Shown: positions 25,964 through 37,698 of the stretch, one piece after another
Layout of the letters: every line of letters begins with the position of its first letter
Numbering within the stretch: the first letter of the stretch is position 1
Assembly: GCF_000497125.1 (NCBI RefSeq)
Contig: NC_090596.1
Span: 248,001-312,000, forward strand
DNA: 64,000 nucleotides
Direction of reading: 5' to 3'
Source of the DNA: Spironucleus salmonicida
Lineage: Eukaryota
The notes under the pieces: generated by a model
Databases searched by the model: none
Told to the model about the DNA's origin: nothing
Seen by the model: only the letters and a program-made list of their open reading frames with translations
Position numbers and translations under genes: made by a program

Positions 25964-28900
25964 ATGCAAGATGTTGCAGGTCTCACACTTACTTACTAAA
26001 ATTCTCTTGCTCCTGGATCTGACTATGCATATATTCTTACACCAACACATTTATTAGCTGCTTCACCAATACCTATAGGTAAAAATGAATAATTAACTAC
26101 CGCTATGGCAACTTCACAAGATTTAATTGCAGTTGCATTAACATCACCAAATGAGTTGGTATTTATTGATAGATTGGATCATCGTATTATAACTTAAATA
26201 CCTACAAAAGGAGAAGTTAGTGTAATGGAGTTTTCTGGAGATTTATTATGTGTAGCATATAGAGATAGTCAAAGCCTAGCCATATATTCTACAGTTAATT
26301 ATGAATATTTGAATACTCTTTGTAATTTGGTTCCATAAAATACACCATTTGTTCCAAGATTTATGCTTAAAGATCCATCTGGATTAGGATTTATTGTTGA
26401 ATCTGGTTTACGTGTTTTAAGTATTTAAGTTAATTTAACATAAGAAAAAAATATTGAAAATAAAATCATTAATTCATGTACATTTAAGGCTTATGAAATT
26501 GCGGTAGGTGCGCTATGTGGTAATATTTGTACACGTTATCTAATTTTAGGATATCAAGATTCGACAATTTAAATTTTCTGTAAGTATAATCAAGTTTACT
26601 AAATGCCTCCTCCATATCCAGCTGACCTTCTAGATAAATCAGATACATTATCATTTGAGGCAATTCCATTCAAAGAAGCACTACACGTACCTGAATCTTT
26701 TTATAAATCAATATAAACACTAAACGTACCATAACTCCTACCAAAAGATTGTGTCAGTCCTAAGTTTGGTATTTCAAACATAACTTCTTCTGATTAAACC
26801 GTTTTTGTAGCTTCCCGCGGAGGTCTTATAATGAAATTTAAATTTATTTTAGATCTCAAAGAAGAAGCAATAGAAGAGAAATATACAGACTCTGAGGGAG
26901 AAAATTCTGAAATCGAAGTAAATTACAACGATATAACTTAATCTTTAAAATTTTAAGCAGCAGCTAATCTAGACTTGGATGCCTTACTATCACCTTGTGT
27001 GTCATCTAGCAATCTTTCTTCAGTTTTAGCTCAAGCATCGTCTTCTTTAGAAGAGAATATTACATGGACGGATGCCAGAAGTTGCATTGAAGTTTTAAAT
27101 TTCTAATTCGCAAAGGATCAAATCTATGCTATTATTTATGATCCTGTATCCAACTCTGCATTTCCTGTCAAATTTGATGATTTTATAAACCAATACACAA
27201 TTTTGCTTTAAATCATTCAACTTTCTCACTAATTTATATCTGTATATTCACTTATTTATTATCAGTAAATTCCTGCTCTTAAATAACATCTTATGTAGGT
27301 ACAGAATTTTCTATAATTTAAAAACTAGCAAAACAACAAAATTTCACTTCTATCTTTGGCATCTGGAAGCATAAAAAATGATGATTCAGAGCTTTTTATA
27401 ACAAATTCTCATGTTCCTTCTGCAGTGTTCACCAACTCCTTAAAAATACTGAAATTTTAAACAAACTAAACAAAATTTGCATATTCTTCCCATAGGTGTG
27501 CATTTGCAACAAAAGAAGGTCACATTTATCTATTTTCATATGAATCTTAGGAAACTGAAATTAAAGAAGAACTAACTAATAACAACGGAATTGAAGATAT
27601 AGAAGTTAAATTAATTCAAAAAGAGCCAGTCTCAGGTTTTAAAGTTGTAGCTAATTGCAAAATAATAGACGCCATTTTGGATATAGATATTAATCCCACA
27701 GGAACTTAAATAGTCGCTGCATGCACTGATGCCATTCGTATTTTTTAATAAAATGGTCGCTTTTTGATCTGTTAACATGAAATTCCTATCAAAATGGCCT
27801 AAAAAGTTTTATTTGCCAGCACAGGATTTGTAGTTAATGTAGCTCAAAACAATCTTATAATTCAGTTAGACCCATTAACTGGTCTAATTACTAATTAACT
27901 TTAAGGTCACAATGATGTTATAAAAGATATGAAGTACTTGACCCCTACATTGATTCGGGATGCATTTTTAGCTACTGTTGATGCAGATGGTGTTTTGTAT
28001 ATTTGGGACCGTAGAGGTAAGCGTGTGATTGAACATGTTACAAGGTCTAAAGTAAGTTCAATAGGATCGTTTTGGTATAATCGTAGTAAGACACCGCATT
28101 ATTGTTTAATGGCTGCGGATGGTATGATTAAGATTTTTGATATAATTAATGGTAATTTTGTTTATTAAGGTGTTATCTAGATGTTCTCAACAAATAGTTA
28201 TGCAGTGATAAAAGATGTAATATTTGACTATCAGAAACAAGTTTTTATTGCATCTGATTAGTTTGGATGTGTTCATGTTGTTATGGCACCTGGATAAGAA
28301 TAATTGAAACAAGGTCGTTCTACTATGCTTGGATCATAATATTAAGTTGGGGAACATCGTTATGCAGTTGCTAAAGCATGCTAATCTGTTCCTGCAATTG
28401 ATGAAATAATTAAATACCGTGAAATTCCTCACAATTGTAAATTATCGCTTTCGCCTGATAATAAATATTTAGTTATTTCAGGTACAAACTCTCCATCTAC
28501 GCTAGTATTAATTCGTTTTAATGATGGCTTTTTACCTTGTATTAAGCGTCATATTAAAGATATTGATGTTATTGGCGACAAAAATATTGATGATTATGCC
28601 TTTGTTGATAAATGCATTAGAGTGGATTTGGGCTTGTTTTAAGTGCTTCAAAAAGTACTTACATAACTAGAAGATAGAAAAATCGAGATGAAACTAGAGT
28701 TCGACCATACCGTTAAGGTTGTGTAATAGCGTCATCAGCGTGGTTTAGAATAATAAAGAACTTAGTCCGAAGAAGAAATTCACTAAGCTCAAAACATGAC
28801 AGTAGAAGTCGCTAAAACTGCAGAAGAGGAGGCTGAAGAATTTGAGAAGAAGCTTGCTGAAGTTGGGAGAACACATTCAGATGCCCTATAGAAAATAGAG

Positions 28901-30142
28901 CTTTAATACCGTACAAAAGTAGCGCAAATTAATAATTAAAAATAATCTATTTTAGACACAATTACTAACTTAAACATGTCTCACGATCAGCAAATTTAAT
29001 CTCTGCATTCAACTCGCGTTCAAACACTACATTAAGAAACATAAAACTACGATAAGAAAGAGTAAAAAAGACGTTCTGAGCTACAGAATTTGTAATAAAA
29101 ACTTCATGAAATATCTTAAGAATACCAGGAAATGCAAGATTAAGCTGACCAAGATTGCGACACCCAAATTTAAGAATTAATTGGAAGGAGCAAGGCTCAA
29201 GTTGACCTGAAGTAAAACCAAATTGAAGCGATTCAGGCAGAAACAGGCATGATTAAGAATAAGTTTGCAAGTATCAAAAAGCAAATTTTGACGTTTTAGA
29301 GCAATGTTTTGAGCTGTGAAAACAATATCACAGCGCTGATTTAAGCGATGGATGAACAATAATAAGAGCTGAAAAATGCTGAAAAGGAAGTATAATAGCG
29401 CCAAGAAAGTATAATTTAGCGTGAAAAGCACATTTACGAGCTCAAGAGACAGGCAAAAGAACTTGAAAAGCACCGTTTTGTTTTAGATTTTAGAATCAAA
29501 GACTTGAGAAAATTAATATAACCCAGAGAGTAGGAAATTCATGATTTGAGTGAGCAAGTCCGAGAAATTGGCAACGAACTCGAGAATTACCATAAGGCAA
29601 TTGATATGATCGAAAAGCAAATTTAGGAGAGTAGAAGTGAAGAAAGTGGTCTGAAAAGCAAGTTAGCGAATGCCAGGGACGATTTTACTCACACTAGGGG
29701 ATAATTACAGTTTTTGAGTCATACTTTAAGCCGAATTATCGAAGATCATGGGCAACTAAGTTATGACAAGTTGAAAGATAGGATAGTGGTACTTTTGCAG
29801 TTTGGCGGAGAAGAGAAGATCGATGCAGAGCAGGCTAAGGCGGACGGTGAAAAATTCAGACACAAAAAGTTTTTGGTAGAGGCTGCCAGAGAACTTTCGA
29901 AATAAATAAATTAGGGTAAGGATGATGTAGTTTAGGAGAATGCCAGAATTATTGAGGAGAATACAGAGCTATTGAAAGAAGCTGCAGTATTAAGGAGAGA
30001 AATTTAAAAGATTATCCACGCACCTGTTAGTTAGCAGAATACAGAGAATTCAAAGGTTTTCTAGGCCAGACTAACTGCGTAGGACGCTGAAATCAAGCGT
30101 TTGAGGAAGAGAGTTATTGAATTAGAAGAAATGGAATAATGA
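25964..30142 (+). CDS. CFAP57: Cilia- and flagella-associated protein 57 (WD40 + coiled coil, 1392 aa)
   Basis: IYELKRQAKELEKHRFVLDFRIKDLRKLIQPREQEI matches CFAP57/WDR65 [36 protein letters not shown]; upstream WD repeats. Confidence 0.85.
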
Positions 30143-30151
30143 TCAATTTTC

Positions 30152-32629
30152 TCACTGAACTTAAAGCTGTTTCTTGATTTCTAGAATAACAGGAGCTAGT
30201 TTCTACTCTTCGAGCTCTTTTCTATAATGCTGCTTCATGATATCAATACTCTTTCTGGTAACTTTGGTGTAAATTCTGTCGCCAGTATCGAAAATACCAT
30301 CTTTTCCAGCAATCCAGTTATCAGCAGTGTCAATTCTAACAGATATTTCACTACCGACACCAGCTTCTTACTAGTCTTTATGGTCTTTCTGAATACCTCC
30401 AACTTTACCAATATACTTACCACCTTCTCTGTCAGGGATGGCAAGAGGTTAATTTAACACTAGAGTTCCTTAAACAACCCTAAATCCACAAATTACTGGG
30501 TTTCTAGTGTGGAAAACTCCCAAACATTGAATAACAGCTGGAAATACTGTTTCGTGTTTAAGTTTTTCCCTCTCGTCCAAATGCCAACTTGCTAGGTTCT
30601 CTTAGTACATATCGTAAAGTCTGTAAATAATCTTGTTAGTAAAAATCTTAACTTTAAGCTCTTTAGCTTTTTCAATAACTTCCTTATCAACATTAACATC
30701 AAAAGCTAAAATAACAGCATATTCTGGGTGTTTTCTATCGTGTTAAATACAAATCTCCTAAATGGTTTATTTAGTGACCGGGCCAATAGCTGCGGCTGAA
30801 ATAGGTACAGGTTCACGTGTTTTAACTGTGTTTTCGCTTCGCAAATAACCAATTAATGCTTCTAAAGCTCCTAATGAAGAACTGTGGACATATACACCTA
30901 GATCATTTTTGATTGCTGCAACTTCATTTTTCAACTCATCCATAACAGCTTCTAACAAAATCTCCTCTTCTTCGTCATTTTCCACTAGATAAAGGGGTGT
31001 TCCAGCTACTGCTAATTCTAAGTCCTTAGCAGCAATTTTACAGCCAATAGCAGCTTATAATGATTCATGTCTATGATAATCGGAAGTTGACGCTTCGCGA
31101 ATTTCTTTGGCCTCTTTAGGTGTCAAAAGTGCTGAAATAGTTGTGGAAATTGGTCCACACTGACCAGCTAAGACAATTTTATCTCCTCTATGTAGCATTC
31201 CATTGACTAAAATACAATCTAAAGTATAGCCGAAACCCTCAGTTTTACGAACCTCTAAAATCGTGCACTAAGTTTCTTCTGTATAGGTTAGACGATCTCT
31301 CATAAGCTTTTATGAAAACTGCAAAAGCATTGCCAGAAGATCAGAAAGACCCTCTCCAGTATGTGCAGAAGTAGGAATGATGGGAATCGTTTCTTTAATA
31401 TCAGTAACTTTCCACCAGAAATCAATTGAGTAATTTAAGTTAGAAAATTACTTTAGTACCTACATATATTTATGGTCAAAGTCTTACATTGTCCCCTTGG
31501 ACTATGCTTCAATAGATGATTTTGCATCTCTATTTGGTACTGGAGACCAACTATAAAGTCTGTCAATTTTATTGAGAGCAATAACAAAAGGTGTTTTTCG
31601 CTCCTTTAAAAGATTTATAGATTCAATTGTCTAAGGCTCAATTCCATGCATAATATCTACTACTAAGACAGTAATATCGGCTAAAGAAGATCCGCGAGAA
31701 CGCAAGTTAGCAAATGATTCATGCCCTGGTGTATCGACGATAAGAAGACCTGGAACTTCAATTTTTAGTTTATGAGGGAAGTCAACAAGCTTATCTTTCA
31801 CAAAATCCTTTGATAGGAAGGATGCACCAATCTATTATGTAATTCCACCTTCCTCACGAGCTTGAACAGTAGAAGATCTGATTTTATCAAGGAGAGATGT
31901 TTTCCCAGTATCCACATGCCCTAGAACGCAAATAATAGGGCTTCTTAGATCGTTTTCGTTAAGTTTGTGCTCTATGTCTATATCTTTTTGATTTTACTTT
32001 TATTTTTGAGCTTGTTTTGTCGTTGTTGATGTTAATAGATTATCTGAATCCTCTCCAAACACGTCATCATCTTCAACACCAACTTCCCAATCTTCCAACT
32101 ATTCTTTTTCCTCCTATATTTACATTTGTAAAAACTATTCTTCTTTTTGCTTTTTCTGCTCTTACCGTTTTATCTAAATAGCATTTCTCTCCTCATCAGT
32201 GAGTTGATTACCTTGAGAAAGTAAAAATTATAATTCCTCGGCCTACTATTTTCGCTATTCATCTGTAATTTATGATCCTAACATAGCTAATCCAAATTTA
32301 GCGCCCATTGAAGCATATTTATCCTTCTTCTTTTTACCTTTGCCCTGTTCCTGCATTTTTTATTCTTATTCCTATTATTCCAATTCTAAAAGCATTTTCA
32401 ATTCTTCTTCTTCTTACTTTTTCCTTAATGTTTCTTCTTTGGCTACCTTAGCAGCTTCGGCTTTTTTAAGAAGTTCAGCCTTTGAAATTGTAGCTTTTTT
32501 GGGAGCTACAACTGGACGTGTAGACTTTTTTTCCTCGATCACTTTCTTTTCCTTTGGTTTTTCTTCTTGTTTCATCTCCTTAATGATATCTGATTTTTTA
32601 ATGGGCTTCTAACTATTCTTAGGAGGCAT
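30152..32629 (-). CDS. EIF5B: Translation initiation factor eIF5B (825 aa)
   Basis: [59 protein letters not shown]. Confidence 0.95.
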
Positions 32630-32743
32630 CAAGAAATGGAAAAGGAAAGGTGACTTATTATTATATAATATCTATAATTTAAAATGAGATATCTTTTATT
32701 TCATTTTGCATATTATATAAGTGTGATTTAAAAACAGAATAAA

Positions 32744-34042
32744 ATGTCTAGAAATAAGGAATAATGGAAAATCTCATTTGATAATGTATTAATGGCATAA
32801 TTAAGATCATTCTTTAATTCTGATACAAATTTAACAAAGTCTGACCTAATTTCTCAGTATTAAAGTACAAAGGGTGTAGATAAATCTGTAATCTGGGATG
32901 TAGTTAGCAGGTAGCTTAATATATCATCACATAAAGCATATAAATACTTTACCAATACATGGTCTAGAGTCAATGTTGATAAATGGCCTAAATAATTGAA
33001 ATAAGAATTAAAAGATAAATTGATTATAAAGATAGACTAGGTATTCGATCCTAATTAAGAAATTGTATATTAAAGAAAATTAATTATTAAACTGTTTACA
33101 GAATAATATTAAATTAAAGAATTATATCCTCAATATCATTTTGATTCACTCTACTTTTATTTATACAATATTATTACAGCACATTGCTGTAAAAAAGCAA
33201 ATATAGGCTGTGATACAATAAGGTAAAGTTAATAAGATTATGATATTATAGATAATAGTCCATAAGTAATACCAATCAACGATTATCTTTAATAAAAATT
33301 AGTAAAAATTCCATCGAATATACCATTTTTGCCAGCTAAAAATCAGGAAATCTAATAACCATAACTAAACACTACTATTATTAATTAACTAGAAATTAAT
33401 TTAATATAAGAAGTATAGAAGTCATTTGCTAATGTTAATAATTTTAAACCATTTGTTTGTTTATAAGAAAGTGGATATAATAGTCCAAATATAAATCGAT
33501 TAAATTCTTTCGGTTTAGGATTCATGTCATTAGAACATCACTCCTCATTTAATTAGTAGCAGCAAAATTTTTTCGAAACTAATACATAGAGTAAAATTCA
33601 AGACTCATTAAAAAATATGACTTAAGATTAATTGTAACAATCATTTAAACTATATAAGTAATTTAGTAGTTTAAATCCTCTGGAATTATCATAAAATTTT
33701 ATGTAATCAGATCATTTTAAATTTTTTAATTCTGAATTACCAGTACATGCTTAGTAAAATTCTAAAATCAAAAACGATGAAATTTAATTAGTATAAGAAG
33801 CAATGGTTTCTCTCAAATCACTTGAAAACGTTTTATCTTAATCATAATAGAGTGGTGATACATGGTTTAATTATAGTCTAGGGTAATTAAATAATATTCC
33901 TTCATAAGAGTGTGTAAGTAAAAATCTAAACTAAGTAAAAACATTATTGTAATCTTCAACAAGGAGTGAAGAAATAATGCCATCAATTCATAATAAAGAT
34001 ATTGACGCTAATATTTATAATTAAGATTTTGATGACTTTTGA
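32744..34042 (+). CDS. Divergent Myb/SANT-like protein with Q/N-rich tail (432 aa)
   Basis: IWDVVSRQLNISSHKAYKYFTNTWS, same family pattern as 12564-13112; low-complexity tail ending QDFDDF*. Confidence 0.65.
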
Positions 34043-34051
34043 AGAAGTAAA

Positions 34052-34519
34052 TCACTGATCGAATAATTTTGAATGATCTGCCCCACATGAACATTTATAC
34101 TTTTGGCTAAACTAGACATATTTTTTAATCTGAACTTCATCTAATTTTTTGATAAATCCTAAAGCTTATCTGTCATCTTTCTCATTCATGTAAACTCTTA
34201 AAGCATTTATGATTGAAATAACAGATGTTCCTGGAGTCCATTTTTCTTAATGATACGAAGTAATTCCTTAAATGCAAACTGGTTAATGCAATAAGTAAGA
34301 ACCAGAATCATTCAAAAATTGAATACTTGGTGCCTTTTCTGGATATTCTGTAAAATCAATTTCGCAATGATATATGCCTTCTTCAAATAATGTAGCAGGA
34401 GACCCTTAGAACGAGATGTGAAATATATTAATATTTTCTTTATTTAGTATAAAAGGCTATGTATAGATACAATTAAGTAGCTCCTTATATTATAACATCA
34501 GCAATCTATTTTTATTCAT
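34052..34519 (-). CDS. Ubiquitin-conjugating enzyme E2, UBE2J1/Ubc6-like (155 aa)
   Basis: FHISFQGSPATLFEEGIYH...EYPEKAPSIQFLNDSG...VCIQGITSYHQEKWTP; no HPN motif, as in class J E2s. Confidence 0.8.
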
Positions 34520-34570
34520 TTCAATATCAAAAATATGCAATATTATATTGTTATACGGAAATTAATTTCA

Positions 34571-35704
34571 ATGGAATTTGTTGCCAAATCAGCTAGAAAT
34601 TTTGCAAGTATTGAGCATAGAATTAACATCCTATAATCAGATCCTAATATACATAATATTGAGATATCCAATTTAGAGGCTGTTAATTTTAAGCTTAAAT
34701 AAGAAAATAATGATTTGAAATAATAAGTTTTATAACTTACAAGTTAATTTTAATAATTTCAGACTAAAATTTCAGTTTATGAAGATTTATAATCAGAAAT
34801 AGAGGGAGAACTTTAACTGAATGTGAATAAGAATGCTGATTTCAATGAAGATTTGATAAAGTCTGCAAATTTCATGGATAAAATCGAAGTTGCATATAAA
34901 GCTTTATAAATATAAGACTAGTAATTATAATCAGTTTAATAAGTAAACAGTTAATAATACTTTATTTTGAAGTAATATGAGAGTTTTATTGCTTAGTTAT
35001 TGGCTACATGTTAAACAATGGGAGCATAATAATCACATTTAGTTAATTAACTCAAGGAATAAGATGAATTTATAAAGTAATGTATAAGCGTATAATAAAA
35101 AAATATAACTGAAAATTAAATATTGGTGTCAAAGTTAGATTTTCCTTTTATTCAAGTTAATGGTATCGACAATTTTTAGATTTAATAAATATAGCAATTT
35201 ACATCGATTATATAGAGAATTAATAAAAAATTAAATACAATTACATAAGAAAAGAGTAGTTCCAAGTTGTGTAAGATTATATTGTAATTGATTCAAAAAA
35301 ATTAAGCGTAGTCTATTTCTGAGTTTTAGAATATTATGTAAACCAAAGTCAATGTATTGCTAACTAAGCTATAGCATACAGATTTCTAACTTAATAATTT
35401 TGTCTGTTCATATACTAAAACTAAAGACCTCAACATTAATTAGTTAACACACACAAATGCTTAGAGTACATAGTAATTAATATCTTTATAACAATAACTA
35501 ATTTTTTCTCAGCAAGAAACAGACTAGATAAAATTAGAGTTTACTTAATTTAAAGAGTAACAAAATTTTGATGTCGCTGAACTTAAAGATGAAATTTATT
35601 TATTAAAACACAAATTAAAAGATTTTCAATAGTTACACAGGTTAAATGATACTAAATAGAAGATTAAAAATTAAATCTCTTAAATCTCTCAAGATTATCT
35701 TTGA
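34571..35704 (+). CDS. Coiled-coil hypothetical protein (377 aa)
   Basis: MEFVAKSARNF...SQDYL*; Q-rich heptads. Confidence 0.65.
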
Positions 35705-35996
35705 TTATTTATATATTTTTATAGAAATCATTCAATTTAACTTATTAGTTATACACGTTAGCTTTAATTTTAAATTCATAATAAACTATTTAGTGAGTAA
35801 ATTATTAATGTTGAGAAGTAATTTTATATAATTGTCTGATTTCATAGTTATATTAACACTAATCATATTATTTCCATTTATTCTGCAAGTATAGAAAAGA
35901 AAACCTGTAATTCAGTCATACAGAAAAAAAAGCATATAAACGGAAGTATTAATTAATATTATAGTAAAATTAACTTAACAAAACCCTTAGCTAAAT

Positions 35997-36437
35997 TCAC
36001 TTTAGTATAACTATATTTTAAGCTTTTTTGTGTGTCGGTTTTTCAGTCAGCCTAATATTGGTTTTTAATAACTTAAAAATAACCCAGACATTCTTATAAA
36101 ACTTATCATTAACAAATCTTAAATGTTAAAGCTTCTACTTAAATTAGTCGGAAACAATATCGATTGAGGTTGGGTTTTTACCTATTATTTCTGATGGATA
36201 CCAATTGAAAGGATTTTTTAAAAATTATTATGCAAGTTTTATCTATTCTTCTTAAACATCAAATTTTTCTTTATTTACTTCAGTTTTATATGCTTTTATA
36301 TCAGTATCTAAGCGCAATTAAGATAAAGGAGAAACTATCTTGAATGCCTATTCAATGGGTCTGATTCTGCGAATTTTTCCAATTAATGGAGTATTCAGTT
36401 CAGTGGGTAGCAAACTAACAGACTTAAACTTTATCAT
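35997..36437 (-). CDS. Hypothetical protein (146 aa)
   Basis: MIKFKSVSLLP...IVILK* ending AAGTGA; frame checked. Confidence 0.6.
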
Positions 36438-36827
36438 TATTATTAACTAGAATATTTTATTATTATATTCAATATAACTTTAACATGTGATATTTATATA
36501 TATAGTATTTCTAATAATATTTGGCTTACCTTTATATTAAAAGTATAAGATATTCAGTATCAGGTACTTGAATTAACGACATTATTTATTTATAATCCTT
36601 ATTAAATAGAATATCTATTCTATGCAATGAAAAATATTATTACTTGTTAACCGATAAGTAAAAATTTTAAAGAATAAAGAAATATATATGTAACCAATCT
36701 ATGTTTTTAATTCTTTAGAATTAACCACCTATATATAATACAATAGATTTTATTTTATAGATTTTGCAAATTTACTCTCAATGTATGACTTTTACTATAC
36801 CGTAATATATAACATTTATTCCAAAAA

Positions 36828-37685
36828 ATGAATAAGTCTTCCATCAACTAATGTTTTAGATGTAATAACCAAATACTACAAATATACTCATCAACAAATC
36901 TTAAACCAGGTGCTGAATCAGCTCAAATAATAAACTATTATGATAAAACTAAAAAGATGCTTATTCCACAAGAATTGGAAAATGCAGTAACTCAGCTATC
37001 TTACTATGCAACCACTGAATTTTCAGGAGTAACATATATTATAGGAGGTATCCTTAATGAAGACATCCCTTAAACCTCAATATATACATTTAAAAACTAT
37101 AAATTCGAATTAGTATATAAACTCCCATTCCCGCTTTACGATGCTGCAGCGGCAGCAAACGAGGAGTTTCTGGTCATTTTTGGTGGCAGAAATGGAGATT
37201 CTTACTTAGATACACTTTTAGTTTTCGATAAAAACTTAAAAATGCAGCAATTCCCAGTACACCCCCACAAGCAAATTTTCGACCTATATTATAAAAACTC
37301 AATCAAAGACTGGCCAGCAGCACGTGCACAGGCATCAATTTGTTACTGCGCACCGGCGTTTTACCTCTTCGGTGGTGCTGGTCGTCAATTGGATAGAGAG
37401 CTCTGGCGCCTCGAAATCGTCTAAAAAGGCGTCTCCGCGCACCCGAAATTTCACAAAATTCGCTATAACGTCGGCCCAAACCCAGGATTTGGAGGTTTCC
37501 TGGTTGCACACAAAAATCGACTTGTTTTAGTAGGCGGTAAAGGGAACGAAAACCGTATTTTCAAGTTCCAGAACAACAACTGGATCGACCTCGGCTGGAC
37601 AGCCTACAAGAGCTGCCAAACTGGCTATTTCGATGGTGAGACCCTGTGGTTCCAAGGTGGTTTACTCGAAATCGCATGCGTATGA
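36828..37685 (+). CDS. Kelch-repeat protein (285 aa)
   Basis: Repeated GG motifs YIIGG, LVIFGGRNG, FYLFGG, LFLVGG with downstream W. Confidence 0.85.
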
Positions 37686-37698
37686 GTGAGCAAAAATG

